A program made the position numbers and the translations under genes. Positions 22,004 through 32,890 of a DNA stretch of 35,748 nt are shown one piece after another (within the stretch, counting starts at the first letter, position 1; each line of letters opens with the position of its first letter). The notes below the pieces were generated by a model that saw only the letters and a list, made by a program, of their open reading frames with translations, was not told the origin of the DNA and did not search any database. Source of the stretch: Trypethelium eluteriae (Eukaryota); contig JAVECL010000211.1 in assembly GCA_051942245.1 (NCBI GenBank), forward strand, positions 1 to 35,748, written 5' to 3'.

Positions 22004-23478
22004 ATGGATACCCTGCATGAGAAATTGCGCAACCTACGTCACCCAAATCAGCTATTTTGACAGCTGCAGACCCCGGGTTTCGGGAGTCTCTGTCAAGATG
22101 GAGCAGTATTGACTTGAACGTGCCAGATGTCGTTGTGCAACCCATCAGTGAAGCCGATGTGGTTACTACAGTACGTAGAAAGAGAACAGGATTTGTCATA
22201 ATCGATACTTGTTCTGACGTTATTTTTCTATCTCCAGATCCAGGAAGCCGTTGCGGCCAAAGTGCCTTTTGTTCCAGCATGCGGAGGCCATAGTCTATGG
22301 TCCACCATCGAAAATGGTCTGATCATTGATCTGAGTCGATACAAAGGTATCGCAACGGACACTAGCCAACACACTGTAACTATTAAGGGCGGTGTCGTGA
22401 TGAAGGAGTTGCAGCTTGCTCTCGCACAGGCAGGCCAGTTCACAAGTAAGTAGATGGATAATGTTCCATAATTGCGTCTCTGATGTTCTATTGCTCAGCT
22501 GTCGGGAACGGCAACACTGTGGGCGTAATTCCGTATTGTATCGGAGGTGGCATCAGCTCCTATACCCCGTTGATTGGATACGCGTGCGAAAATATCGTCT
22601 CAGCAAGAGTTGTTGTGGTCGAGGTTTCATCAGCACGAAATACCGATCTTCTCTGGGCCATTCGCGGAGCCGGCCAATTTTTTGGTCTTGTAACGGAGAT
22701 AGTAATGCGGACATACGATTTGTCTAGCATGGGCAACTCTGGAGTACGGCAGCTCGGAATGTTGACATATCCCTCCAGCAGAGCGATGGAGGTATGTGAA
22801 GTCCTTGCAAAGGTCATTTCAGGTTCAGACCGTCCCTCGGCGGGCCACTTCATGATTGTACAGGGTTCTTCAAAAGAACATGTATGCAACGTGGCGCCGC
22901 AGTTTTTTGGAACAAGGCCGGAATTCCAGAGAGCATTCCAACCGCTCGCAAATCTGGAGCCCGATAGCAATATGGACATGCCCTCTACATTTGACGTTCA
23001 TAGCGACCATTTATACTCGATGTGTTTGAAGGGAGACTTCAAACGATTTAGTCAGATTGGGCTGGCCGTCCTCCACCCAGAAAATTTCGGAAGCCTTGTG
23101 AAGCTACACAAAGAACTTCTTGAGACTTGCCCGGGCGCTGAGAAATCTGTTTTCAGTCTCGAGTGGCATACGCCCACTCCAGATAAGGGGGCCAGAGAAA
23201 ATCCGACCTCATTCGGTCTCAAAGGAGTTGATATTTGGCTCAATATCCTGACCTGGTATACTGACTCTGGACTGCACGACAAAGTACAGGAGTTTGAAAG
23301 GAAGGCCTGCGAGATAATGCGCTCAGATATCATCCCGGAAGCCTACGTGACTTACACAAACACTAGTCGCGACGAACCTATTGAAAATCGATACAAGGAT
23401 CCTGGTGCAGTGAATCGGCTTAAAGAATTGAAGCGGCGATGGGATCCAACCGGTGTATTTAATAGAAATTTTCTTTGA
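22004..23478 (+). pseudogene. Second FAD-linked oxidoreductase (no signal peptide), apparently frameshifted near the N-terminus
   Basis: Motifs FVPACGGHSLW, IGGGIS, DLLWAIRGAGQFFGLVT and LKRRWDPTGVF; introns 22171-22237 and 22446-22498. The ATG 22004 frame stops at 22058, while the conserved body frame is closed upstream by TGA at 22018 with no ATG in between. The family call is firm; pseudogene status is less so. Confidence 0.7.
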
Positions 23479-24174
23479 TTCTGCATCTTGCCGCCGTCAC
23501 GGCGCTGATCAAAACAAGTGAAGTAATAAAGATCCGCTGGGAATCATGATGTTGACGAATGAAGATAGCCACCTTTCCAGAAGTTTCGAGATGGATAGAT
23601 CGACCTGAAGTAGCTGCGGCAAGCAAAGGCCAATACAGAAAGAATTTAGATAGTGAAAGTCTTCTCAAATGCTTATGCAAGTTCGAAGAGGGATGAAGGC
23701 GGATAGCTATTCGTTAATGGCCGGAGCCGAGCTGAGAACGGACTGGGTCCTATATGAGAAGCTTTGAATGGTTTTGTGACTTGTCGAACCAATTTCTAGA
23801 TTTCTGATTTTTGTCGAAACCATTGTATCCTGTAAGTGTGAAGATCATGTGCTGTCAAGACCTGCTGTCAATATCTGTTGTCAACATCTGCTGTATGCTA
23901 CTTGAGCAGAGCTAAGTCTTGGCCTGGAACGCGTAGAATGCAATTTGATTCTATCGCCCATCTTTTGACGACATGCACCACACACCAGAATACTATCTGA
24001 TGCTTTCGTAGATGACTGAGACGTTCAACGGTGTTTTGGAGGTACGGTGCCACGGGTGCCCAATGGGTTGAGTATTTCCGCAAGGTGAAGATAGCCGAGC
24101 TCCCGCCGGGAAGCTGCATTTGGAGTGGGCTGCTCATGACAAGTCCATAGTCTCGACTCTTTCCTAAGCTTCAA

Positions 24175-25980
24175 ATGACAGTGATGCTTCAAACGTCGTT
24201 TCAAAAAAGTACAAGAATAAAACAATCCATTACTGTCCCTCTGCAATTCCCCAAGCATCGCAATTCTCGGCCCTTTGCGCAGCGTACCCGACTTCTCCTG
24301 CTACCACCTGCAACACCGAGACCTCAATTGCCATTTCTCTACGCGCCTTCTCGTGGTTCCTATACTCTTAATGGAAAGTTTCAGCTCTCAAGACTGATAA
24401 GCACCGAGACCCAGCGTACCATTCGCGACACTACCTATGGTGGGATCAAGGTGTATTTGGTCTTGACCTTCGCTACAGTATGCTTGTTCTCCGTGGTCGT
24501 TGGAGTCAGTCAAGAGCGACTGGAGCGAACATATCCAACACCTGACGGTTGGCGTTTCTTCACAAGATGGGCATACCGGGTCGCAGCAGCTTTGGAAGAT
24601 GATGAGGGAAAGGGAAGTCCGCCAGACTGGCCTCAGGTGGGACCGGCATGGAGAGAATGTCTGAATAGACTGGAGGAAATTGGCAAGACAGATGGGCAGG
24701 GTCTCGAGCGGATGAATGCAAGCCTGGAGCTGGAAGATGTTCCACTCTGGGATGCTACGAAAAAAAGCGAAGATTGGAGAAGGGGTTACTTTGAAGTCGT
24801 TATGGGATGCGGCCGAGCAGCAGAACATCTTCAAGGCTGGTTCAAGGATGAGACTCGGCCTGGGTCTCGACCGGTCCCAGCAGATGTTATTGTTGGTCCT
24901 TCAAATCTGGACCCAAGGCCATTGCCTCCAGAGCAAGGTCCTGCACCACGAGAAGAGCACTGCAAACCTGTCATGGAAGCTCCCGATGTCTTTTATCATC
25001 GAATAATCAACAGCAAGGGGTTCTCGCGGAGACAAAGACTACAAGCTATATTGGCCCTCGCAGACTTTTTGGATTATCAAGGAAACCAATGGGATGCTGA
25101 GCGCTACTATCGCGATGGACTGGATCTTGCCTCCTCAGCCTTTTCTGAGCCTGAAAAGATGGTGGATAGGAATCTAGGGGTGATCAAGGGTGAGGCGTCG
25201 GCGGTATCAGACAACGTGCTACTGGCTTCCACAGCTCTTGCAGTGCACTATGCGCGAAATGCCGATACTACACAAGCATTACCCATCTTCCTTTCGGCTC
25301 TACGAGCCATTCGGGAATGTAATTCATTGAGAGACTCTGCGGTATTGGCTCTCGATTCCGCGTCTACAATTCCTGTCAAGCCTCGTTCGTGGGTAGATAA
25401 CATGATCGATCTCGTCAAAGATCGCCCCTATCCACCTGCGCCCCCTTCGGGAGATGAACCTCTGAGAGCAAGCTCTGAATCGTGCTTGGAAGCTACGCTG
25501 TTGGCTTATGTCGGGGAGATCTTATTCGCGACCTCGAAAACTAACCACGACAGGGTATCAGGGATAGCATGGACAAAGGACGCTGCGGATCTTGCGGAAT
25601 CAAAAGCTGGCCAAATTTCAAAGGAGCAGGCTCGAAATAAGCGCCTAGGGAGTCCTCAACAACGATTCCTAGCCAGCAGGAGCCACAATGATATTGAAGC
25701 ATGCCAACAGTGTTTGGAGACTGCATTGACTAATCTGCAAACGATGCTGTCGCAGATGACGCAAAAGGAAGTGGAACCTGCATCACAACGGGAGAGCCAG
25801 ACGAGGAGCTGGTTCTCCTGGCTCAGTGGCAATTCTCGATCAGAAATATCTCCTGAACGTTGGGAGGAGGAACTAGCAGATGTAAATGTGCGATTGGAAA
25901 AATTCAGAGAGGAGCGTATTCACCAGATGATGACGGGCCAGGCAGGCGGTGGACGTGCAGGTCTACCTCGATTGCGTTGA
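24175..25980 (+). CDS. Conserved fungal membrane-anchored helical protein, probably mitochondrial (possibly Mgr3-like TPR protein)
   Basis: Intronless 601-aa ORF with an Arg-rich presequence-like N-terminus, one TM segment (VYLVLTFATVCLFSVVVGV), and Ala-rich helical repeats (LALADFLDYQG, LAYVGEILFATS). Confidence 0.65.
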   Translation: MTVMLQTSFQKSTRIKQSITVPLQFPKHRNSRPFAQRTRLLLLPPATPRPQLPFLYAPSRGSYTLNGKFQLSRLISTETQRTIRDTTYGGIKVYLVLTFATVCLFSVVVGVSQERLERTYPTPDGWRFFTRWAYRVAAALEDDEGKGSPPDWPQVGPAWRECLNRLEEIGKTDGQGLERMNASLELEDVPLWDATKKSEDWRRGYFEVVMGCGRAAEHLQGWFKDETRPGSRPVPADVIVGPSNLDPRPLPPEQGPAPREEHCKPVMEAPDVFYHRIINSKGFSRRQRLQAILALADFLDYQGNQWDAERYYRDGLDLASSAFSEPEKMVDRNLGVIKGEASAVSDNVLLASTALAVHYARNADTTQALPIFLSALRAIRECNSLRDSAVLALDSASTIPVKPRSWVDNMIDLVKDRPYPPAPPSGDEPLRASSESCLEATLLAYVGEILFATSKTNHDRVSGIAWTKDAADLAESKAGQISKEQARNKRLGSPQQRFLASRSHNDIEACQQCLETALTNLQTMLSQMTQKEVEPASQRESQTRSWFSWLSGNSRSEISPERWEEELADVNVRLEKFREERIHQMMTGQAGGGRAGLPRLR

Positions 25981-26080
25981 AGATGCCATGGTCTATTGAA
26001 GTCAACTCTGCAATTCTAAAGCGCCTTCGTGGCCAGATATTCTGGTGCTCGAATATACGATGCCACGTGCGTCAAACGCC

Positions 26081-27138
26081 CTAGGCTTTGCTGGCTCGCG
26101 CCTTCTGTACTCCCTTCACCATCCACTCATCAACCGTTATTGCCTTTCTTCCCAACAGCATCTCGAGCACTTTCGGCGATCCGCACAGCCCATGGCGCTC
26201 ATACCACAAGATCAGCCTCTCCGATCCATCCACAGCCCTCGGGTTCGGGTCAGGTCCAAGCACGATCTGCGACAGCCTCTTCACTCGGTCCTCGAATGGC
26301 GCCAGCTCGATCCTGACTTCTTTCCCCAGCGCCCTACCCGCCGCAGCCGCCATCTCGGTATACGGCACTGGCATTGTGGAGCAGAGAGGGTACTCGGCAA
26401 AGAAATGCGCCTCTCGCTCATCAAGCACTTTGACTCCCACGGCTGCCAAGTCATCGAGACAGATGAGCGAGTTCGCGACGTTGGGATCCCAGGGAGCGGG
26501 ATAGACTGGCTGAGCTTGTTCTGCTATCATCTGGATAGGAAACATATCGATGAAGTTGCATGGCTTGAGGACTGTGTAATTCAGGTGCTGGAGAGTACCG
26601 CTTTCGTAAAGATATTCCTCGACGTATCGCTTGCAGTCATGGTTGAGCAATTTGCGGAACTGGGAATTGAGCACGGAGGAATATCTGAATCGGATCTTAT
26701 CATCAGTGGTTGAGCTGGCGGACCGGCTTTGCCAGGGCTGCTTACACAAAATGCTTGAAGTTTCCCTCTTTGGTCTCCTTTACTGCGGCATCGATAGCAT
26801 GATAGCCGCATTGGGTTTCGTGGTGGTGGAAGCTGGGTCCGACGTAGTAGCATGCTGTCACTCCTCGAAAGAGCTCGCGCATGCTCTGCGGATCGGCGAG
26901 ATCGGTTTGGACCACGTCGGCATGGGGATACAGAGATTTAATTCTCTCTTGTGAGGTCTTGGAGCCTACTGCCAGTCGAAGGCGCTTATATCTCTTAGCA
27001 AGGAGAGGCAGGAGTGGAGATGCCTTTGTAGATCACGTCAGTCAATAGTGCATAGGCAAACGTGCAAATGCTCCTCTGTACCTGTTTTCCTGATGCACAC
27101 GTCACCAGTATGAGGTCTGAATCTGGGTTTGAAGGCAT
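26081..27138 (-). CDS. NmrA-like NAD(P)-binding atypical short-chain reductase
   Basis: Reads MPSNPDSDLILVTCASGKQ|AS (Rossmann start), YYVGPSFH, KHFV|YSSVL, NHDCKRYVEEYL and YTVLKPCNF. Introns 27081-27024 and 26745-26685. Confidence 0.88.
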
Positions 27139-29786
27139 ATTGGGGTACTATTGATGAAGGGGTTCAGTGAGGACCAACTTGCTAACAGACATCAATGCGA
27201 TTTGAAAAGGCACAATCTCCGAAAAGTCAGCCCGACTTCAGAAAAGCTGTAAAGACAAAACATGAACGTTCACATTCGGCAAGAACAACGCCATACGCCA
27301 GTTATTTATACATTCCGCTGATAGTGCTGTGTGATCTAACGCGTGGAGAGTTACCACAGCTTGGTCAGCCTCGGAGCATGAGTTGCCCGAATTGTAGAGC
27401 AAGACTAGACTACCACGCAGAGCGGCGTCGTAGAGCGGCCCTAAAGCACGGACCAGAATTCCTGCTCTGCCCCAGATTCCTTCATGCTGCATCGATGGAC
27501 TCTGTTGCTTCGCATTTGATTCTGGGCAGGATCCTAGTTAGGTACGTCACGAGTCTGGAGAACAGTGGCGTACTGGTGCACATTAGGTATCCTAGTCGAC
27601 CCACTCACCAGGTATCCGGAGAGCCACCAAGTCACTAGGCGACGGAATTGGCGAAGTCTTCATAACTCCGAGTTCACAGCAGACTATTTCATGTTATTTG
27701 GAGGGAACTTAAGGTGAAGTTCTCAAGTGAACCGGGATCTATACACGATATTGAAAATTGATGCAAATTAACAAAATCGTACAGCGTTAAAGGTTGCCAC
27801 GAACTTTGTCTACCCTACACTGCTATATTTGAGCGATTTCTTTTTGAACTTATTCCGTGCACCAGATAGACAGGCTAGCGCTTGGGGTAGTGAATGTTGA
27901 ATGGTAAGGTATGTAGCTGATGCTTTAGGAGCCACAATGGGAAAGGTTCGGCGGAGTAATACGGACAAAGTACGGTGTACTCCGTAATACGGGATGTGGT
28001 AAATAATTGCTTTCGCGCGCCACCTCCGTATCCCCTCCATACAAATTCCAGCCCATATCTATCTTCGCCCACAACTCCACTGTTTCGCTCCTTCTTGTTC
28101 TCAAACTGTGAAGGTAGAATCCTATAGCAATCCTCTACTCAATGGTGTGAAGATATTTATAATATTCCAACCTTCATTTCTTGGTGTAAAATCGGGCCTC
28201 GCCATACAAATCTACCCCTTTTCTCTCTTTCAACCGCATTTACTCAACATCCACAAATCTGATGATACTTTAATTGCGAAGGTGAAGTCAATACTCCAAG
28301 CGCTCTCGAATGAACTAGAAATTTCTTGAAATTTCGAATTTTTCATTTTTTGCGAAATTGCAAAGCTTGGACTGCTTCGAATGGCCCTCCAAAACTTGGA
28401 CTTTCTGTGAGAACCTGACTTCTAACCCACCTTTCTCAATGAAGCCTACACCAAAGTGTTCGTGTGGGATAGCGCCAGAATCTTGTGGTCCAGGGCTATC
28501 GAATGCCGCGCCGAGTACCTGATTGTCGGCTCTGTACGCTGAGTTATTCATGATTTAAATTCAATTCTTGACAGTTGGTGAGGGTGCCGAGTTCGAGGAG
28601 GCTGGGGTCCGTGCAGACGGCCGAATTGGGTTAGCCAAGCGGACATGGCTGAAGCGGAGAGGCGGGGCGCGGCCTCTCCGAGCGGAACGAGCAATATGAA
28701 GGCGGAGGGGAGGGGCTCCCCACGCCGACGTCTACTGGTGTTCCAGATATCTACGAGGTAGGTATCGTACGCACGTATCGACTGCTACAGTACCTATCGC
28801 CTACAAAATCTACATTCGCTCTCTGCAGCTATTACTGTTCCTTGAAGACACCAGGTCCCCGTTGAAGGTGTTGAAGCAACCGAAGTTTGTAATTGGCATG
28901 CGATTTACGTCGATTCGCGCGGGAAGACAGGATTCCTTACTACCGAGACGCGGTAGTGCTCACTGATCCTAGAAGACCCTGCCCTGCGTCGAGAGTCTAT
29001 CATGTAAGGATGGTCCCTTGGGCAGATGTCGACCTTTCCTTCCGCAGAGAGCTCTTTTTTGGTCCTCAAGATTCTGGTAGACACACGTTCCTCTCAATGC
29101 CAGCGTGCCTACAAATCTCAAAGAAGATCGACGGTTCCTGCACTCTTCGGGTTACTGGTCATCTTGGGGTCGCGCACATGACCCTGGCCGCTGTTTTCGC
29201 TGCCTTTCAGATTGGGGTACGTATCAGTCAATGCCATAGGCCGCTGAACATTTGCTGCCTCAGGCAAGCTCGAAAGGTTTTAAGATTGTTTGCTTTCATT
29301 TGCTTTTATGAGAAATCGGATGATCCTATAGATGATACACCAATATGCTTTGGGCGAAGAAGGATGGCAAGCGTGCCATGAGCCGTTCTCAAATGCGACA
29401 GATTGTGCAAACGTCTTCCTCTTCACCATTTCAACCCAAAACCCAGGATATCATCAGACGTTAATTCTCAATTCTAACCTCAGCGCTAGTCAGATTTTAG
29501 ACTTAGCTTTCAATCTGAGATTTGGTGCTAGATTTATACTTTTCAAGCATCGCATTAGCAATTACCCTTTCGTCAATATGACGCGCGTCATTCGCTGTAC
29601 CTTGCTTGAGTGTTGGGGCAGTCTTCTACTTTTTTGCAACCAGCGTATCAACACAGAGATCATGTCATCATAACATTAATGATATCACGTCAACTTAAGG
29701 TTACGGCAAATTCACATGGAGATTGGAATGGAGAGGAGGAGCCGATTGTTGATAGAAGCACCAAATACAGACAGTGGACCGTAAAG

Positions 29787-31151
29787 TCAACTGATATTAC
29801 TCGCCAAGGGTCTTTTCTGTTTCGACTTGCCATGCCTGGGAATTTTTCGCGCTTCTACTTCATCCTCTTCCAACTGACGTTTTCCTGGCAGTCGTACCTC
29901 TTGCAAGCGATTGGCAAAAGATGACTGTGTCGAACCTGGTTGACTGTGAAAAGGCTCGTCATCAGAATCCGGAACCGTTGATGTTTGACTCTGAAAGCTC
30001 TGTTGCGGTTTTCTGCGTAGATTATAGACTGGTTCTCTTGACGGACCTGCTACAGCATTGCGAGTTGGAGATTCGAGTTCTGCATCCGAATCCCCTCCTT
30101 CGCCCCTTTCCTGCTCAGTTCTCCTTTCATTCTGACTTTCCGTCATGTCGGTTTCAAAGCTTGAAGTAGCTGCGTGTTGCAGGGGCCGTTGTTCCTCTCG
30201 ACGCTTTATCTTTTCCTTTGATAGCTCTGAATATTTCCAGTCAAGTAGACCGTTGCTAGCTGCCAAGACATGCAGCGCCCACAGAGCTAGATTCACTGTG
30301 ATCTTGGCTCCGTCGTCGCCATGGTTCCATGGAATAGATTGCCACTCAAACCGTGGCTTGTCAAAAGTGTCTTCCATCAAGTCATCGTCTGCAGTGTTTT
30401 TCCTTTGCTCCAACAAAGTTCCAATTCTTACAACTATGAGCTCTTCGTCAGTGATGATGTATCCGTATCGCATATGTGAATAGGCGCAGTAGGCGGCCAC
30501 CTGCCTGGCGGGCCATAGGCAGTCTGCATTGGGGTCCTTCACCTGATCGCGCTCATCGACGCAATCGCGTAGTACTCTGCTGCTGAAGACTCGACTCGGC
30601 TTTGTTTCTCCGGGCAGTATGTTTCTTGCCGCTCGCAGGTAACATCTACCTGCCCAGTCCGGCCGCAATTTGATTTTACTATCGGGACGATCGAGATGAA
30701 AGAGGCTCGCTTGACCACCACGAACCATAGTCACTTCTTGATCAAGCAGAGTATTCGTCGTTTTCTGCAACGCTTCCAGTATCGTGGATTGTGTATGTTT
30801 GATCAAAAGAGCCTCAAGGGAGTCTTCGTCGCTGATCTGGTGAAAGCACGGGTGCGTTTGGGAGAAATCCTGTAGATCATAGGTTCGGTTGAGGATCGAA
30901 GACGTTGAACCGCCAAAGAGCTCTATAATCGTTTCAAGTGTGAACTCTTTCCATTCCGAGACGGTCTCCAATTCCGGATATGACTCATTCTTGGTACTGC
31001 TGGCGCTGTTGGGCTTATTCTTTTTCTTCTTCTTCTTGGGTGGAGACTTGTCAATTTCTTCGTCAGCTTCACTGATCCAAGCTAGCTGAAGTGTAGGATT
31101 AGCTGTTGTGAGATACTCTCGTAACGTCAGTGAGCGGATCATAGTGGACAT
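29787..31151 (-). CDS. Putative PD-(D/E)XK nuclease with an NLS and a low-complexity C-terminal tail, about 454 aa
   Basis: Intronless ORF (open to 31379; probable start ATG 31151 or 31142). Motifs in nuclease order: LRPDWAG, LPGETKPS (ExK), RQVAAYC (QxxxY), RYGYIITDEELIVVR and TVNLALWALH. Basic PPKKKKKKNK near the N-terminus. Confidence 0.78.
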   Translation of the reverse strand: MSTMIRSLTLREYLTTANPTLQLAWISEADEEIDKSPPKKKKKKNKPNSASSTKNESYPELETVSEWKEFTLETIIELFGGSTSSILNRTYDLQDFSQTHPCFHQISDEDSLEALLIKHTQSTILEALQKTTNTLLDQEVTMVRGGQASLFHLDRPDSKIKLRPDWAGRCYLRAARNILPGETKPSRVFSSRVLRDCVDERDQVKDPNADCLWPARQVAAYCAYSHMRYGYIITDEELIVVRIGTLLEQRKNTADDDLMEDTFDKPRFEWQSIPWNHGDDGAKITVNLALWALHVLAASNGLLDWKYSELSKEKIKRREEQRPLQHAATSSFETDMTESQNERRTEQERGEGGDSDAELESPTRNAVAGPSREPVYNLRRKPQQSFQSQTSTVPDSDDEPFHSQPGSTQSSFANRLQEVRLPGKRQLEEDEVEARKIPRHGKSKQKRPLASNIS

Positions 31152-31267
31152 GACAGAATTTACAGACTCGTGTAGAGGTGCGATTGTAGTCAAATACAGG
31201 TGCGGCTGAACCATTGAACAATAGGAGACAAGATACGTAGATTTAGACCACATGTCAGCCGCAGGAT

Positions 31268-31302
31268 TGATAATGCACACCAGGTGTGATAATGCACACC
31301 AG
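31268..31302. repeat. 16-bp perfect direct repeat overlapping a 6-1-6 palindrome
   Basis: TGATAATGCACACCAG at 31268-31283 and 31287-31302; CACACC-A-GGTGTG at 31276-31288. Confidence 0.85.
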
Positions 31303-31808
31303 ATATATGACTGGCGAGGGATGTGAAGACGAGGAAGCAGACACATTATTTGCAAGGATGTATTCATGCAATGTGCCAATAAAAGCTACAGGTATCCAGG
31401 ATATTTCTGCAAGTCGTGAATCAGGAAGCAAACTTCCCCGCATCCCGTCGGAACGGCACGATCCTGCATCATGGAGTAACGGCACTTGCCAAAGTCCATT
31501 CCAAGAAACGGTACAGGGAGAGTATGGGCATATTTAGCATGATTAGCGGCCAAGGAACCCCCGTCAGCAGAGATTTGGCATTGAACGATTTGCGGGAACT
31601 TGGAAGTAAGCGGAGACATTTCGCCAATTAGATGACAAAGTTGCACAAGAACTTTGCAAGCGCGATTTTAAACAAAGGGGCGGACGTGGGGGTCCATTAT
31701 CGCAACAACTGCAAATGTTGCTACTTTTTGGTGAAGCCATGTGAAAGCTATCAGGAAAAGCCTCCACGAGACTTGTAGAATCATCGACCTCTCTCGTCGT
31801 TTAGGGCG

Positions 31809-32737
31809 ATGCAACCGACAGTAAGCTACAATCTGCACACGGACGTGGAGCTCCCGCCTTGCGAGGGGCCGAAGCTGAAGCGTTTCCGTAATCCTGTCGG
31901 AAATATTTGTTTCAAGAGACTCCTGAGCAGTTCAACCGAGACAAGTAGCGACAGCAGCAGTTCTACTGCCAGCAGCATATCCGGTGGTCACGGTCATGTG
32001 TTCGAAGTGGAAATTGACGGAGAGTCTTTTGCGTTGAAGATTGTGAGCTGCTTCGTGGTATGTGCAGTGATGTCTCTAATTTTATTCCGAAGTTCAAATT
32101 CGTCCCGATCAACAAGGCCCGCCGCAGCTTTGGACCAGCGTTTCGTCGACGGGTTGATGACTATTTGCTCACTTACCACTCCGATCCATTTTTTGCAGAG
32201 TGTCGGGCGTACGGAAGAATCAATGAAGAAAGAGCGAGCAAAGGATGGAAAGGTCGAGATTTTGCAGCGCGATGTCATGGTTTCATAGCTTTACCCGCAG
32301 CCACGTACGAAGACATCCTCGTCGACCAGTTTGGTATTACCGATTGGTCTAGAGACAAGGAGGACAGACAAGTCAGTAAGGCCGAGCGGCAGCCCTTCCG
32401 TGCTTTGGTGAAAACACTTGTTGAAACACCAATTACTATCAAAAACCCTCCAACGATGTTGAGGGATTTAAAGAAATTGAGGTCACTCGGCGTATTCCAG
32501 AGGGACATATATGCGCGCAACTACAAGGACGGCCTCTTAGTCGATTTCAGTCTTGCTTGGACAAAGCCGCACTGGCACTGGGATCTGTTGAATACCAAAG
32601 AAAAAGAAAGGCAGCTGCGAATCAGGCAGGATAAAGAATTGTTCCAATTCGATAAAATGATTGTAAGCGCGGGGATAAAAACTCACATCAGGGCGACACC
32701 GAACGAAGACTTCACCAAGCGGTTGAGAAGAAGGTAG
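31809..32737 (+). CDS. Atypical fungal protein kinase-like protein (family usually labelled 'FTA2 domain'), 292 aa
   Basis: Exons 31809-32042 and 32093-32737; intron GTGAG..CTAAT..AAG. Motifs: CEGPKL, Gly loop GGHGHVF, FALK, DPFFAECRAYGRI (alphaC Glu), catalytic QRDIYARNY and LVDFS. Confidence 0.85.
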
Positions 32738-32793
32738 TGGTCCAGCCATCGACGTCGGTGGAAGTTGACAAGTTGACCCGAACCGAGCTGATC

Positions 32794-32833
32794 GGTTGCC
32801 TTGTTTCCTTGTTGCCTGGTTGCCTGGTTGCCT
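32794..32833. repeat. Tandem 8-bp repeat, five copies
   Basis: GGTTGCCT TGTTTCCT TGTTGCCT GGTTGCCT GGTTGCCT. Confidence 0.8.
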
Positions 32834-32890
32834 CCCGGTCGCTCATCCTCACGATGAAGAAATGTCCATGATCAAGACGATGTTCGCGAT

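Noticed and set aside
26045..26713. 222-aa plus-strand ORF
   Set aside because: Antisense shadow of the NmrA-like CDS with no motifs of its own.
28893..29673. 162-aa and 113-aa ORFs downstream of the nuclease
   Set aside because: No domain signature or convincing codon bias; cannot be supported as genes.
31152..31379. 76-aa N-terminal extension of the 530-aa ORF
   Set aside because: It begins at a non-ATG codon, has non-protein-like composition, and overlaps the repeat-containing promoter gap. ATG 31151 or 31142 is more plausible.
31809..32737. A true kinetochore subunit Fta2, possibly clustered with the Sos7-like gene
   Set aside because: The sequence shows protein-kinase catalytic motifs. 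The family label does not demonstrate kinetochore function, and the proximity is probably coincidental.
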